Shown in pieces: positions 38,163 to 45,625 of a DNA stretch of 64,000 nucleotides. The notes under the pieces were generated by a model. It made no database searches. It was not told the origin of the DNA and saw only the letters and a program-made list of their open reading frames with translations. The DNA lies in the NCBI GenBank assembly GCA_964591105.1, contig CAZPZR010000001.1:4903-68902 (forward strand). Reading direction: 5' to 3'. Every line of letters starts with the position of its first letter. Position 1 is the first letter of the stretch. The translations under genes were made by a program, and so were the position numbers. The DNA comes from an uncultured Lachnospiraceae bacterium (GTDB lineage: Bacteria; Bacillota; Clostridia; Lachnospirales; Lachnospiraceae).

Positions 38163-38734
38163 AATTTTCAATTGCTTTTTCAGCGAAAGAAGTATCTACT
38201 AAATCAGCGTATGGTGCGCGTTCGCTGAGTTCACCGGATTCTTCCAAGATATCTTGGAGCAGTTCAAAGCTTTCCTGCTGGAAAATAAGATCCGCTTTCC
38301 AAGTGTTTTGTTCGTAGTAACGTGCAACAATTGTGGTGATAGTATCTAAATCCGTTTCTTTAAATTGTGGGGCAATCAGTGATGCAATTTCTTCTGGAGT
38401 GTGAGTTTGCACATAGTCCATGCCTTTTTGGAGCGCATTGGTGAAGCCCTGAATGATGTCTGGATGCTGCTTGATATAACTTTGTTTGGCAGAAAATGCA
38501 GTATAAGGAACATAGCCGCTTTCTTCGCCAAGAGAAGCAACAACATATCCCCTGCCTTCCTTTTCTAATGCCGTAGCATGTGGTTCAAATTCAACGGTGA
38601 AATCTCCATTTCCTTCGGAAAATGCAGCTGCAGTTGAACCAAAATCAATACTTTGATTAATGGTCATGTCTTTCTGTGGATCCAGATGATGCTCTTTCAA
38701 AATGTATTCAAATACCATCTGAGGCATACCACCT
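38161..38734 (-). pseudogene. 3' part of a split NMT1/THI5-like ABC substrate-binding lipoprotein gene (C-terminal 189 codons)
   Basis: GMPQMVFEYILKEHHLDP...FEPHATALEKEGRGYVVASLGEESGYVPYTAF is NMT1-like. It has no N-terminus of its own; the missing part lies at 50095-50554. Confidence 0.85.
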
Positions 38735-38759
38735 GTCGTTCCCAGCATGATGTAAATGT

Positions 38760-40361
38760 CTACGGGGGATCCGCGAGATTAAGGTGAAAATCTATACCAT
38801 CAGGCAAGCTGTATTTGAAATGAATTTCTGGGGATCCGTATGCATCTACTTCAATCCGTTCAATTAAGATTTCGATATCTTTTCGGTCAAGCACACCGTT
38901 TTCAATAATCTTATCCATTACCTGTAAAGCATTATGAAGTTTTTCTTTTTTATTTTCATTCTTTGAATGGATTTCGTTTAATTCCTGAAGCTTTAATTCA
39001 AAATCATGAATCTGCGAAATGATATCCTGCTGCAGGGCATCGTAGATTTCATTTACAAGATTTTCGTTTCTGTGAGCATTGGACAAGTCTCTGACTTTCT
39101 GAGTAAAGAGAATTTTCAACTGTACTTTTCGTTCTCCCAACTGTTTTTGAATCTCTAAACGTTTTTCGTCTACTGTTTTTTCCTCAGAATCAAAATCCTT
39201 CATATCATAAGCCTCAATGATTTCACAAAGAGAATTTCGACAGAGTTTCAGGTAGGTTATCACATCTTTCATTAGATTATTTTCTTCGATAAGATGGGAT
39301 TTTTCACAATAGCGTTTACCTTTGGTGTTGTATGTGGTACAGATATAATATTTTCGCTCTCTGGCAGTGGTCGTTCGTTTGATTGGGGTTAAACGCTTTC
39401 CGCAATCTTTGCAAAAAAGACAGTTTCCAAAAGGATTCTGCATGTTGGGCAACTGCCTGCGACTGCCACGATAATTATTTTTTACGCGCTTTTCCTTTAT
39501 ATCCTGTATCAAATCAAAAGTGGCTTTATCAATGATGGCAGGGTGATGATTTTCGAAAATATACTGTTCTTCTTTGGGAATACGTTTGTCTTTGCCGTGA
39601 ACCGTAGAACGGGCACGTTTTCGTAATCGAAGGATGCCGATGTAAAAATCATTATTTAGTAGCTCTTTGACCATAGAATCTGACCAGACAGTGGCAACTG
39701 CACGTTTGCTGATTTTCCCTTCTACAAGTTCACGCTTGTGGCGAACCATAGAAGGAGTTGGCACTTTGTGTTTCGTCAAATAATTGGAAATCTTGCGATA
39801 GCCGAAGCCCTTTAGATAAAGGTCGTAAATCATGTGTATGACGGAAGCCTCTTCCGGTATGATTTCCATCGTTGTTTCGTCTTTGTCGTTCCTTTTATAT
39901 CCAAATGGTGGTTGAGTCACCAGGATTCCATCTTTTTGTCTAGCTTCAATCGCACTTTTGATTTTGTGGCTGATATCTTTGACATATTTTTCGTTATACC
40001 AGGTTAAGATGCCAATTGTATCATCGTCATCAGATTCTGAATGATAGTTGGTATCAATGATAACCAGTTCTTTTTGGCGTTCTTTGAAATCTTCCAAAAG
40101 AAGGAGGACGCGAGCGTTATGACGTCCGATACGAGACAGGTCTTTGACAAACACGCGCTCAATATGATCCAAATCCTCCAGTAATCTGTTTAATCCGGGG
40201 CGATTGAAGCTATAGCCGGAGACACCATCATCTTCATACCAACTGTCAATTACGACGTTGTATTCAGCCGCAAATTGACGAATGATTCGTTTTTGATTTT
40301 CAATAGAGACATAATTACGTTTGTCATCATCTCTGGATAGACGTACATACCCAACATTCAT
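38760..40361 (-). CDS. Large serine recombinase (resolvase + recombinase + zinc-ribbon domains, DUF4368-like C-terminus; TnpX-like)
   Basis: Catalytic motif VGYVRLSRDD. Zinc ribbon CLFCKDCG...YYICTTY...CE. C-terminal coiled coil plus IERIEV. Confidence 0.9.
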   Translation of the reverse strand: MNVGYVRLSRDDDKRNYVSIENQKRIIRQFAAEYNVVIDSWYEDDGVSGYSFNRPGLNRLLEDLDHIERVFVKDLSRIGRHNARVLLLLEDFKERQKELVIIDTNYHSESDDDDTIGILTWYNEKYVKDISHKIKSAIEARQKDGILVTQPPFGYKRNDKDETTMEIIPEEASVIHMIYDLYLKGFGYRKISNYLTKHKVPTPSMVRHKRELVEGKISKRAVATVWSDSMVKELLNNDFYIGILRLRKRARSTVHGKDKRIPKEEQYIFENHHPAIIDKATFDLIQDIKEKRVKNNYRGSRRQLPNMQNPFGNCLFCKDCGKRLTPIKRTTTARERKYYICTTYNTKGKRYCEKSHLIEENNLMKDVITYLKLCRNSLCEIIEAYDMKDFDSEEKTVDEKRLEIQKQLGERKVQLKILFTQKVRDLSNAHRNENLVNEIYDALQQDIISQIHDFELKLQELNEIHSKNENKKEKLHNALQVMDKIIENGVLDRKDIEILIERIEVDAYGSPEIHFKYSLPDGIDFHLNLADPP

Positions 40362-40625
40362 AAAGACAATTCCTTGTAGTGATTTTTAATGATTGCCTTT
40401 AATCCGTCGTGAATATTTTCATCTTTCTTCCCATCCAGATAAGTGACAACTCGAAAGCCATGTTTTCTATATTGTTCTTTTGCTGTTTCGAATTCTTCCT
40501 GTGATGAAAAATTATTTCTCCAAAGATAATAGGTTGGTTTGCTCAAATGTGATTTCATCCTCCTCGTCTGATAAGCGGAAGCAGTCTTGCTTCCAGTTTA
40601 TGCAATTTTGCTCTGGGTGTTGCAA
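40348..40625. repeat. Repeat R1, copy a (278 bp): recombinase 5' end, 66-aa ORF and its upstream region
   Basis: Matches 43271-43548 at offset 2923, with about 5 mismatches by eye, all outside the small ORF. Confidence 0.9.
40358..40558 (-). CDS. Hypothetical 66-aa protein translationally coupled to the recombinase (candidate accessory/directionality factor)
   Basis: Its stop overlaps the recombinase ATG (ATGA). An identical copy lies at 43281-43481. The AGGAGG abuts the ATG, so the start is not certain. Confidence 0.55.
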   Translation of the reverse strand: MKSHLSKPTYYLWRNNFSSQEEFETAKEQYRKHGFRVVTYLDGKKDENIHDGLKAIIKNHYKELSL

Positions 40626-40737
40626 GTTCCAGTTGCAGTTTTATCGACTGAACTGAGATTACGGTTTTATTAATGTCAAGGATCGAGAGTGTTTGCTCTT
40701 TTATTGGATAGTATATACAAAAAATCATAGCAAAAAG

Positions 40738-40936
40738 ATGGCTAATTTTAACACAGGCTTTGGCTGTAAATAGTTTTCCGTTTGAAATCAAAAGAGCACG
40801 TACCATTCCATATGAAGCTTTATCTGGAACAGAATTATGGGATAAGTTAGAAAAATCTAGTCAGAACGCAGCATAGGCGAAATATCGTGATGCTTCAGAG
40901 GCTTCTCGTGATATGAGGGAAAAATATGGATTATAG
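40738..40936 (+). pseudogene. Possible RelB/DinJ-family antitoxin remnant
   Basis: MANFNTGFGCK then a stop, a shift to FPFEIKRARTIPYEALSGTELWDKLEKSSQNAA, an in-frame TAG, then AKYRDASEASRDMREKYGL. The (I)PFE and IP..E.L pattern resembles a DinJ C-terminus. Confidence 0.35.
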
Positions 40937-41204
40937 GATTACGAAAACAAAATGTGTTAGTTTATCTGCCATACATTCATCAGAAAATACAGGATAGTCA
41001 AAACTAACATACAATTTGTTTGCGTGATTTAAATTGACACATAAGTCAGTGTTATTGGAGGGGGGGAGTGACATTACCAAATGTTATGCAATAATTAACT
41101 GAAAATATAGACAAGGAAATTCAGAAGTGTTAAAATCTTGTTAAATACAAAGATACAATTGAATTGTATAAGGACGTTAGAGTGTGAAGCAAAGGAGGAT
41201 GAAT

Positions 41205-42941
41205 ATGAATAGGAAACGTGGGAAATCTATAGCAAGTTTATTACTTGTTTTCGCCTTAGTGGTGACATTGTGTCCGGTGGTGGCTCCAGTACCGGTAGAG
41301 GCGGCATCTGGGAATGATTTTGTTGTGAAAGCAATTTCCGATGCAGAAAATGGAGCCGCAATTGATTATGCTTGTACGGATCAGACATTGTATATTACTG
41401 ACGCTGGTTTGGAAAGTATGGCAGAATATTCCGATGATTTTATGACGGGATATCTGGAAGGAGAGGAACCGCAGGTTCAGTGGTTTAGAGAAAAAGGCGG
41501 AAATGCAACAGAAATTGCGGGAGCAACTGGAAGAGTCTATAATAAAGTGTCATTAGCGGATGACTCTGGAGCAAAACTTTATGCAAAAGTAACTTACGGT
41601 GGAGACTCTATCAAGACAGCTAAAGTTCAAGTAGTTAGTGACTCAGAGAGGCTAGAGTTGACTTCTGGAAAGCCAGTAAGAGTACATTTCACTAGCAAAG
41701 GTTATAATTCTCAACAGAATCATTATTGGAAGATTAATATTCCTGTAAATTCAAAAGTTACTGTGAAATTGGATGCTGATTACACAGGAACTTTTGAACC
41801 TTATGTAACAGGTAGATTAGCTGGATCTAGTGGTTATGCTGCTTTTCGTGCTTCTGCGAACGAGAGCGACACTTGTTTTATAGAAAAGGGTGGAGACTAT
41901 TATGTTGATTTCGATGGTAGATCAAATGCTGAAGGTACTTATACATTGACAATCACAGTCGCCCCGATTAACTGGGGAACAGTAACCATCTCAGGATTAG
42001 ATAATTTAGTAGCAGGTACTTATGAAAATACAAAATTCAAAATCAAGTTAACTGGTGCAGATAGTGAAGTTAATCTTGATCGTTGGAGTTCAAATAATGA
42101 TTATAGTACTAATAACTACGATAGTAATCTTTCAGGAAAGAGTGCAACCGGTTATCTCACCACAAGCAGTACAGATGCCGGACACTATAAGTTGGAAGTA
42201 AGGCTGGATAATGAACTAACTTCAGATTTGACGAAAACAGTTATCTTTGATCTGGTTGTCAAACCGAAGAAGATTACAAATTATGATTTGTCAGATCTGG
42301 AAGTAGGATATAACAGTGTGAAATTTACACTTCCATTTGGTGATGGTGCAGGAACTTATGGATCAAAGATTCAGATTCAGAGATACAAATCCGGCAAATG
42401 GACAACTGTAAAAACGGTGAAAGATGGAACCAAGAGTACAACATTGACAGGTTTGAGTTCCAATACATCATATAAATATCGTTTGGTAGGATATGTACCT
42501 GCAAGCAATGGAAAGAAGTCTATTTCTGGTGCACCTTCCAAGACTTTATCCGTCAAGACAGGATACAGCAGCAAGCCACAGGTAAAATCTATCAAGTGTT
42601 ATGATGCAAAACAAAAATATGTTAAGAGAGTGTACCACCCAGGACATTGGACCACAACTGGTAAATGGCAGAACGGATATTATACTGGTGGTTACTATGT
42701 GACAAACTTCAAAGTCAAAGTAACATTGAAGAAAAAGATGACAGGACAGAAAGGTCTTATAATCTATAACGAACTGCTCGATTCAAAGAAAGTTTCAGGA
42801 ACAGGTACGACCTTTACAACAACAATGTCTGTTGATGGAAAAAAGAAAGGCAAAACAATTTCTTTGAAAATAAAAGGATACCGTAATGGTTCTTATCTTG
42901 GATACTCAAAATACACAACCAAGAAAGTAAAAATTAAATAA
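41205..42941 (+). CDS. Secreted protein with a fibronectin type III-like domain and a possible pre-peptidase C-terminal-like (PPC-like) domain
   Basis: Signal peptide ending VEA/AS. A segment around GTYTLTITV may be PPC-like. An FN3-like module follows (SGKWTTVKTVKDGTKSTTLTGLSSNTSYKYRLVGY). Start ATG 41205 lies 6 nt after aaaggagg. Confidence 0.65.
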   Translation: MNRKRGKSIASLLLVFALVVTLCPVVAPVPVEAASGNDFVVKAISDAENGAAIDYACTDQTLYITDAGLESMAEYSDDFMTGYLEGEEPQVQWFREKGGNATEIAGATGRVYNKVSLADDSGAKLYAKVTYGGDSIKTAKVQVVSDSERLELTSGKPVRVHFTSKGYNSQQNHYWKINIPVNSKVTVKLDADYTGTFEPYVTGRLAGSSGYAAFRASANESDTCFIEKGGDYYVDFDGRSNAEGTYTLTITVAPINWGTVTISGLDNLVAGTYENTKFKIKLTGADSEVNLDRWSSNNDYSTNNYDSNLSGKSATGYLTTSSTDAGHYKLEVRLDNELTSDLTKTVIFDLVVKPKKITNYDLSDLEVGYNSVKFTLPFGDGAGTYGSKIQIQRYKSGKWTTVKTVKDGTKSTTLTGLSSNTSYKYRLVGYVPASNGKKSISGAPSKTLSVKTGYSSKPQVKSIKCYDAKQKYVKRVYHPGHWTTTGKWQNGYYTGGYYVTNFKVKVTLKKKMTGQKGLIIYNELLDSKKVSGTGTTFTTTMSVDGKKKGKTISLKIKGYRNGSYLGYSKYTTKKVKIK

Positions 42942-42958
42942 GAAACCTTAAGTAAATG

Positions 42959-43008
42959 AAAACATCCTCTCATGGAGAAATATCTTCTTCTGAGAGGATG
43001 TTTTTTTG
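42959..43008 (+). terminator. Rho-independent terminator
   Basis: 12-bp stem aacatcctctca (42961-42972) pairs with tgagaggatgtt (42991-43002), followed by ttttt. Confidence 0.75.
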
Positions 43009-43270
43009 TGTTGAATAATTCCGAAAAATATTGCATTGTTAATTTTCACAATTTCTATGTTTGCATAGTGGAAAAATTATTTTACTGGGGATATGCACAT
43101 TGAACATAGTATTGTGGGAATTTTATTATCAAGAGTAGCAAAGAAGACAGTGAGAATGAAAAAGAAGGAAAACGAAAGAGTATGAGGGAGGAACTATGAA
43201 AAAAATGAGTTTTTTGTGTGCATTAAGTATTTCAACAGCGATTCTGTGTGGAATCTGGTCTTACCTGGCT
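43003..43270. repeat. Repeat R2, copy a (268 bp): promoter/leader and first 25 codons of the DUF1097 gene
   Basis: Matches 44861-45128 at offset 1858 with 6 mismatches by eye. Five lie in the first ~50 nt and one is a synonymous change in codon 8. Confidence 0.9.
43196..43270 (+). pseudogene. Truncated 5' fragment (25 codons) of a DUF1097 gene, fused to repeat R1b
   Basis: MKKMSFLCALSISTAILCGIWSYLA is identical to the start of the 45054 gene. The reading frame then runs into antisense R1 sequence and stops after 13 codons. Confidence 0.85.
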
Positions 43271-43548
43271 TACCCAACGTTCATAAAGACAATTCCTTGT
43301 AGTGATTTTTAATGATTGCCTTTAATCCGTCGTGAATATTTTCATCTTTCTTCCCATCCAGATAAGTGACAACTCGAAAGCCATGTTTTCTATATTGTTC
43401 TTTTGCTGTTTCGAATTCTTCCTGTGATGAAAAATTATTTCTCCAAAGATAATAGGTTGGTTTGCTCAAATGTGATTTCATCCTCCTCGCTTGATAAGCG
43501 GAAGCAGTCTTGCTTCCAGTTTATGCAATTTTGCGCTGGGTGTTGCAA
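43271..43548. repeat. Repeat R1, copy b (278 bp), recombinase-less
   Basis: It begins with tacccaacgttcat, which is the first 13 nt of a recombinase gene on the minus strand (MNVG then a stop), and continues through the 66-aa ORF and its upstream hairpin. Confidence 0.9.
43281..43481 (-). CDS. Hypothetical 66-aa protein, second identical copy
   Basis: 201/201 nt identical to 40358-40558. Confidence 0.5.
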   Translation of the reverse strand: MKSHLSKPTYYLWRNNFSSQEEFETAKEQYRKHGFRVVTYLDGKKDENIHDGLKAIIKNHYKELSL

Positions 43549-43635
43549 ACGATAGGAGATTTCAATAATAAATTTCAGATTCCTTCCTTGCAGACCAGCA
43601 CACACACTTGAGAAATTTTTTTATCATGATTAGTT

Positions 43636-44133
43636 TTATCGGTCCCACTCATATGCGAGCTTTGGACCTCCATCAAAAGTAATCAGCCCGCAATATTCAA
43701 ACCCTTCTCGGACAAGAATATGCTGCATTACTTTGTTTTCGTCTTGCGTGTCAACACGAATTGCTTCAATCGCATTCTCAATACAGAAATTCTTTATCAA
43801 TGTAATTGCCTTCTTGGACAATCCCTTCCCTCTAGCATTCTGAGAAAAGGCCATTCTATGTACGACGGCATAGGGACGATTTGTTTTCCACTCGCCGTCA
43901 ATAACACGATAAGCTGGTTCATCTCCAATGATAATGCAGCAGTATCCGTAAATTTTATTTTCTTCTTCAAATACATAACCAATACTCGCTTTAATATCGT
44001 CTTCAATCGTAGCAAGTGTTGGGTACCCCGGGTGCCATTGTACAAATCCCATAGAGTTGTGATATGCTCTCGCGTCTTCGATACATTGATAAGATATTTT
44101 TGCTTCATTCATTTGTGCTTTTCTTAATAACAT
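43636..44133 (-). CDS. GNAT family N-acetyltransferase
   Basis: Acetyl-CoA binding segment VHRMAFSQNARGKGLSKKAI. The start was moved to ATG 44133, which follows aggag. Confidence 0.8.
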   Translation of the reverse strand: MLLRKAQMNEAKISYQCIEDARAYHNSMGFVQWHPGYPTLATIEDDIKASIGYVFEEENKIYGYCCIIIGDEPAYRVIDGEWKTNRPYAVVHRMAFSQNARGKGLSKKAITLIKNFCIENAIEAIRVDTQDENKVMQHILVREGFEYCGLITFDGGPKLAYEWDR

Positions 44134-44175
44134 GGTTTTTCTCCTATAAAAAATTTTCGCGATAAACAAAAGATA

Positions 44176-44258
44176 TTGACCTTAGTTTATTTATTCGATA
44201 TAGTGAAAAAAATTCGATATATCGTATTTCTCTTATATTATACTAATAGTCCGATATA
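44176..44258. promoter_or_regulatory. Divergent promoter region with three (T)CGATATA boxes
   Basis: -35 ttgacc (44176-44181), 17-nt spacer, -10 tatagt (44199-44204). Boxes: attcgatata at 44193-44202 and 44212-44221, and tccgatata at 44250-44258. It includes the perfect palindrome cgatatatcg (44215-44224). Confidence 0.5.
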
Positions 44259-44277
44259 TTATCAATGAGGAGAGCAC

Positions 44278-44829
44278 ATGGATATTCAAAAAAATGTAGG
44301 GAAAAACATTAAAACAATTAGAGAGCAAAAGAAAATCACGTTAGACTCAGCGTCAAAACTAACCGGAGTCTCTCGAAGTATGCTTGCGCAAATTGAAAAA
44401 GGAGAAGTAAATCCTACCATTTCCATTCTCTGGAAAATTGCAAACGGATATAAGGTGTCGTTTACTTCACTTGTTAAATACGATACGCCTTCTCTTTTGA
44501 TAAAATCAGAAGAAGTACGCCCATTTATTGAAAGTGATGAAAAATATATTAATTATCCCGCTTTTCCATTTCAAGAAGATAAACAGTTTGAAACATATCG
44601 CATTGAAATAAAAGAAGGTGGATATTTGCAGGCTCAACCTCATTTAGACGGAGCCGAAGAATATATTACTGTTTTTGATGGAGAAGTTGAGATAATAGCT
44701 GATTCGGAAACATTTCGGATAAAAAAAGGCGATTCATTATGTTTTAAGGCGGATGTAGCCCATTCATATAAAAACACAGGAGAAACAACAGCATATTTAA
44801 GCATGATTATTTATTATTCAAATAAATAG
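44278..44829 (+). CDS. XRE-family HTH regulator with C-terminal cupin domain
   Basis: HTH motif LDSASKLTGVSRSMLAQIEKGEVNPTISILWKIA. Cupin motifs: first PHLDGAEEYITVFDGEV, then FKADVAHSYKN. Confidence 0.85.
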   Translation: MDIQKNVGKNIKTIREQKKITLDSASKLTGVSRSMLAQIEKGEVNPTISILWKIANGYKVSFTSLVKYDTPSLLIKSEEVRPFIESDEKYINYPAFPFQEDKQFETYRIEIKEGGYLQAQPHLDGAEEYITVFDGEVEIIADSETFRIKKGDSLCFKADVAHSYKNTGETTAYLSMIIYYSNK

Positions 44830-44860
44830 GATGGAAAGTATGATTCAAGTTCGAGCAGAT

Positions 44861-45128
44861 TTTTTGTATTGAATAATTTCGAAAAATAGTGTATTGTTAA
44901 TTTTTACAATTTCTATGTTTGCATAGTGGAAAAATTATTTTACTGGGGATATGCACATTGAACATAGTATTGTGGGAATTTTATTATCAAGAGTAGCAAA
45001 GAAGACAGTGAGAATGAAAAAGAAGGAAAACGAAAGAGTATGAGGGAGGAACTATGAAAAAAATGAGTTTTTTGTGCGCATTAAGTATTTCAACAGCGAT
45101 TCTGTGTGGAATCTGGTCTTACCTGGCT
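44861..45128. repeat. Repeat R2, copy b (268 bp), continuous with the intact DUF1097 gene
   Basis: See copy a. Confidence 0.9.
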
Positions 45129-45524
45129 GGGATGGTTGGATTAATCGGTTGGGCTGGATTTGCCGGATGTACAACATATTTTGCATGCGGAAAGCATGGG
45201 GCAGAAGGTGTTAAGAAGACGATTATTCCAAATCTGACAGGAGTAATTTGTGGAATGGTGATTATTACATTAAGCAATATTGTCCCAGAATTAGGAGATC
45301 TTGGAATATGGTGTGCGATTATTACGTTTGTAATGTGCATCATAGCAAAATGCGAGTGGTTTGATTTTTGTCCAGGAACATTCATGGGATGCTTTACAAC
45401 ATTTGCAGCTGGCGGTGATTGGAAATTGTTATCGGTGTCACTGGTCATCGGTGCATTTTTAGGTCTTGGATGTGACTACGGCGGGGAATGGTTACATAAG
45501 ATTGTGACAGGAAAAAAATCATAA
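45054..45524 (+). CDS. Small polytopic membrane protein, DUF1097-like
   Basis: 156-aa ORF with 4-5 TM helices and the motif GWAGFAGCTTYFACG. The family assignment is from memory. Confidence 0.55.
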   Translation: MKKMSFLCALSISTAILCGIWSYLAGMVGLIGWAGFAGCTTYFACGKHGAEGVKKTIIPNLTGVICGMVIITLSNIVPELGDLGIWCAIITFVMCIIAKCEWFDFCPGTFMGCFTTFAAGGDWKLLSVSLVIGAFLGLGCDYGGEWLHKIVTGKKS

Positions 45525-45625
45525 AAAATATAACAAAAATGGAGATAAAGGTTGAATGACCATCCCCTAATGGTGTACTGTAAAAAAGAAGTTGATTTTA
45601 AAGTAGCTATACTAAGGGGGAAAAC

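Noticed and set aside
38746-38748. An element-encoded ATG in frame with the C-terminal half of the split lipoprotein gene, giving the 195-aa ORF in the track, considered as a functional chimeric gene.
   Set aside because: No Shine-Dalgarno sequence precedes it. The product would lack the signal peptide and half of the binding fold, so it is treated as part of the pseudogene.
38748-38757. An IS-like interpretation of the element ends: 8-bp terminal inverted repeats (ATGTAAAT at 38750-38757, ATTTACAT at 50073-50080) flanked by a direct TG dinucleotide.
   Set aside because: Rejoining the flanks at TG leaves the two halves of the lipoprotein gene out of frame by 2 nt. The inverted repeats are better explained as the outer arms of the palindromic attP site centred on CACCT.
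38756-38760. An alternative crossover at the direct repeat ATGTC (38756-38760 and 50091-50095).
   Set aside because: It also rejoins the gene in frame, but it would add nine odd codons (DIYIMLGTT). The resulting att sites show no dyad symmetry about that point. CACCT gives a cleaner joint and symmetric sites. Only an empty-site sequence can settle this finally.
40555-40806. An 83-aa minus-strand ORF upstream of the 66-aa ORF.
   Set aside because: It has no convincing RBS. It runs through the R1 boundary, so only part of it is conserved in copy b. It also overlaps the antitoxin-like remnant on the other strand.
40348-45128. Repeats R1/R2 as a CRISPR array or a simple tandem duplication.
   Set aside because: There are only two copies of each, they are 268-278 bp long, and they contain coding sequence. 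The intervening sequences are unrelated to each other, so this is not a plain tandem duplication either.
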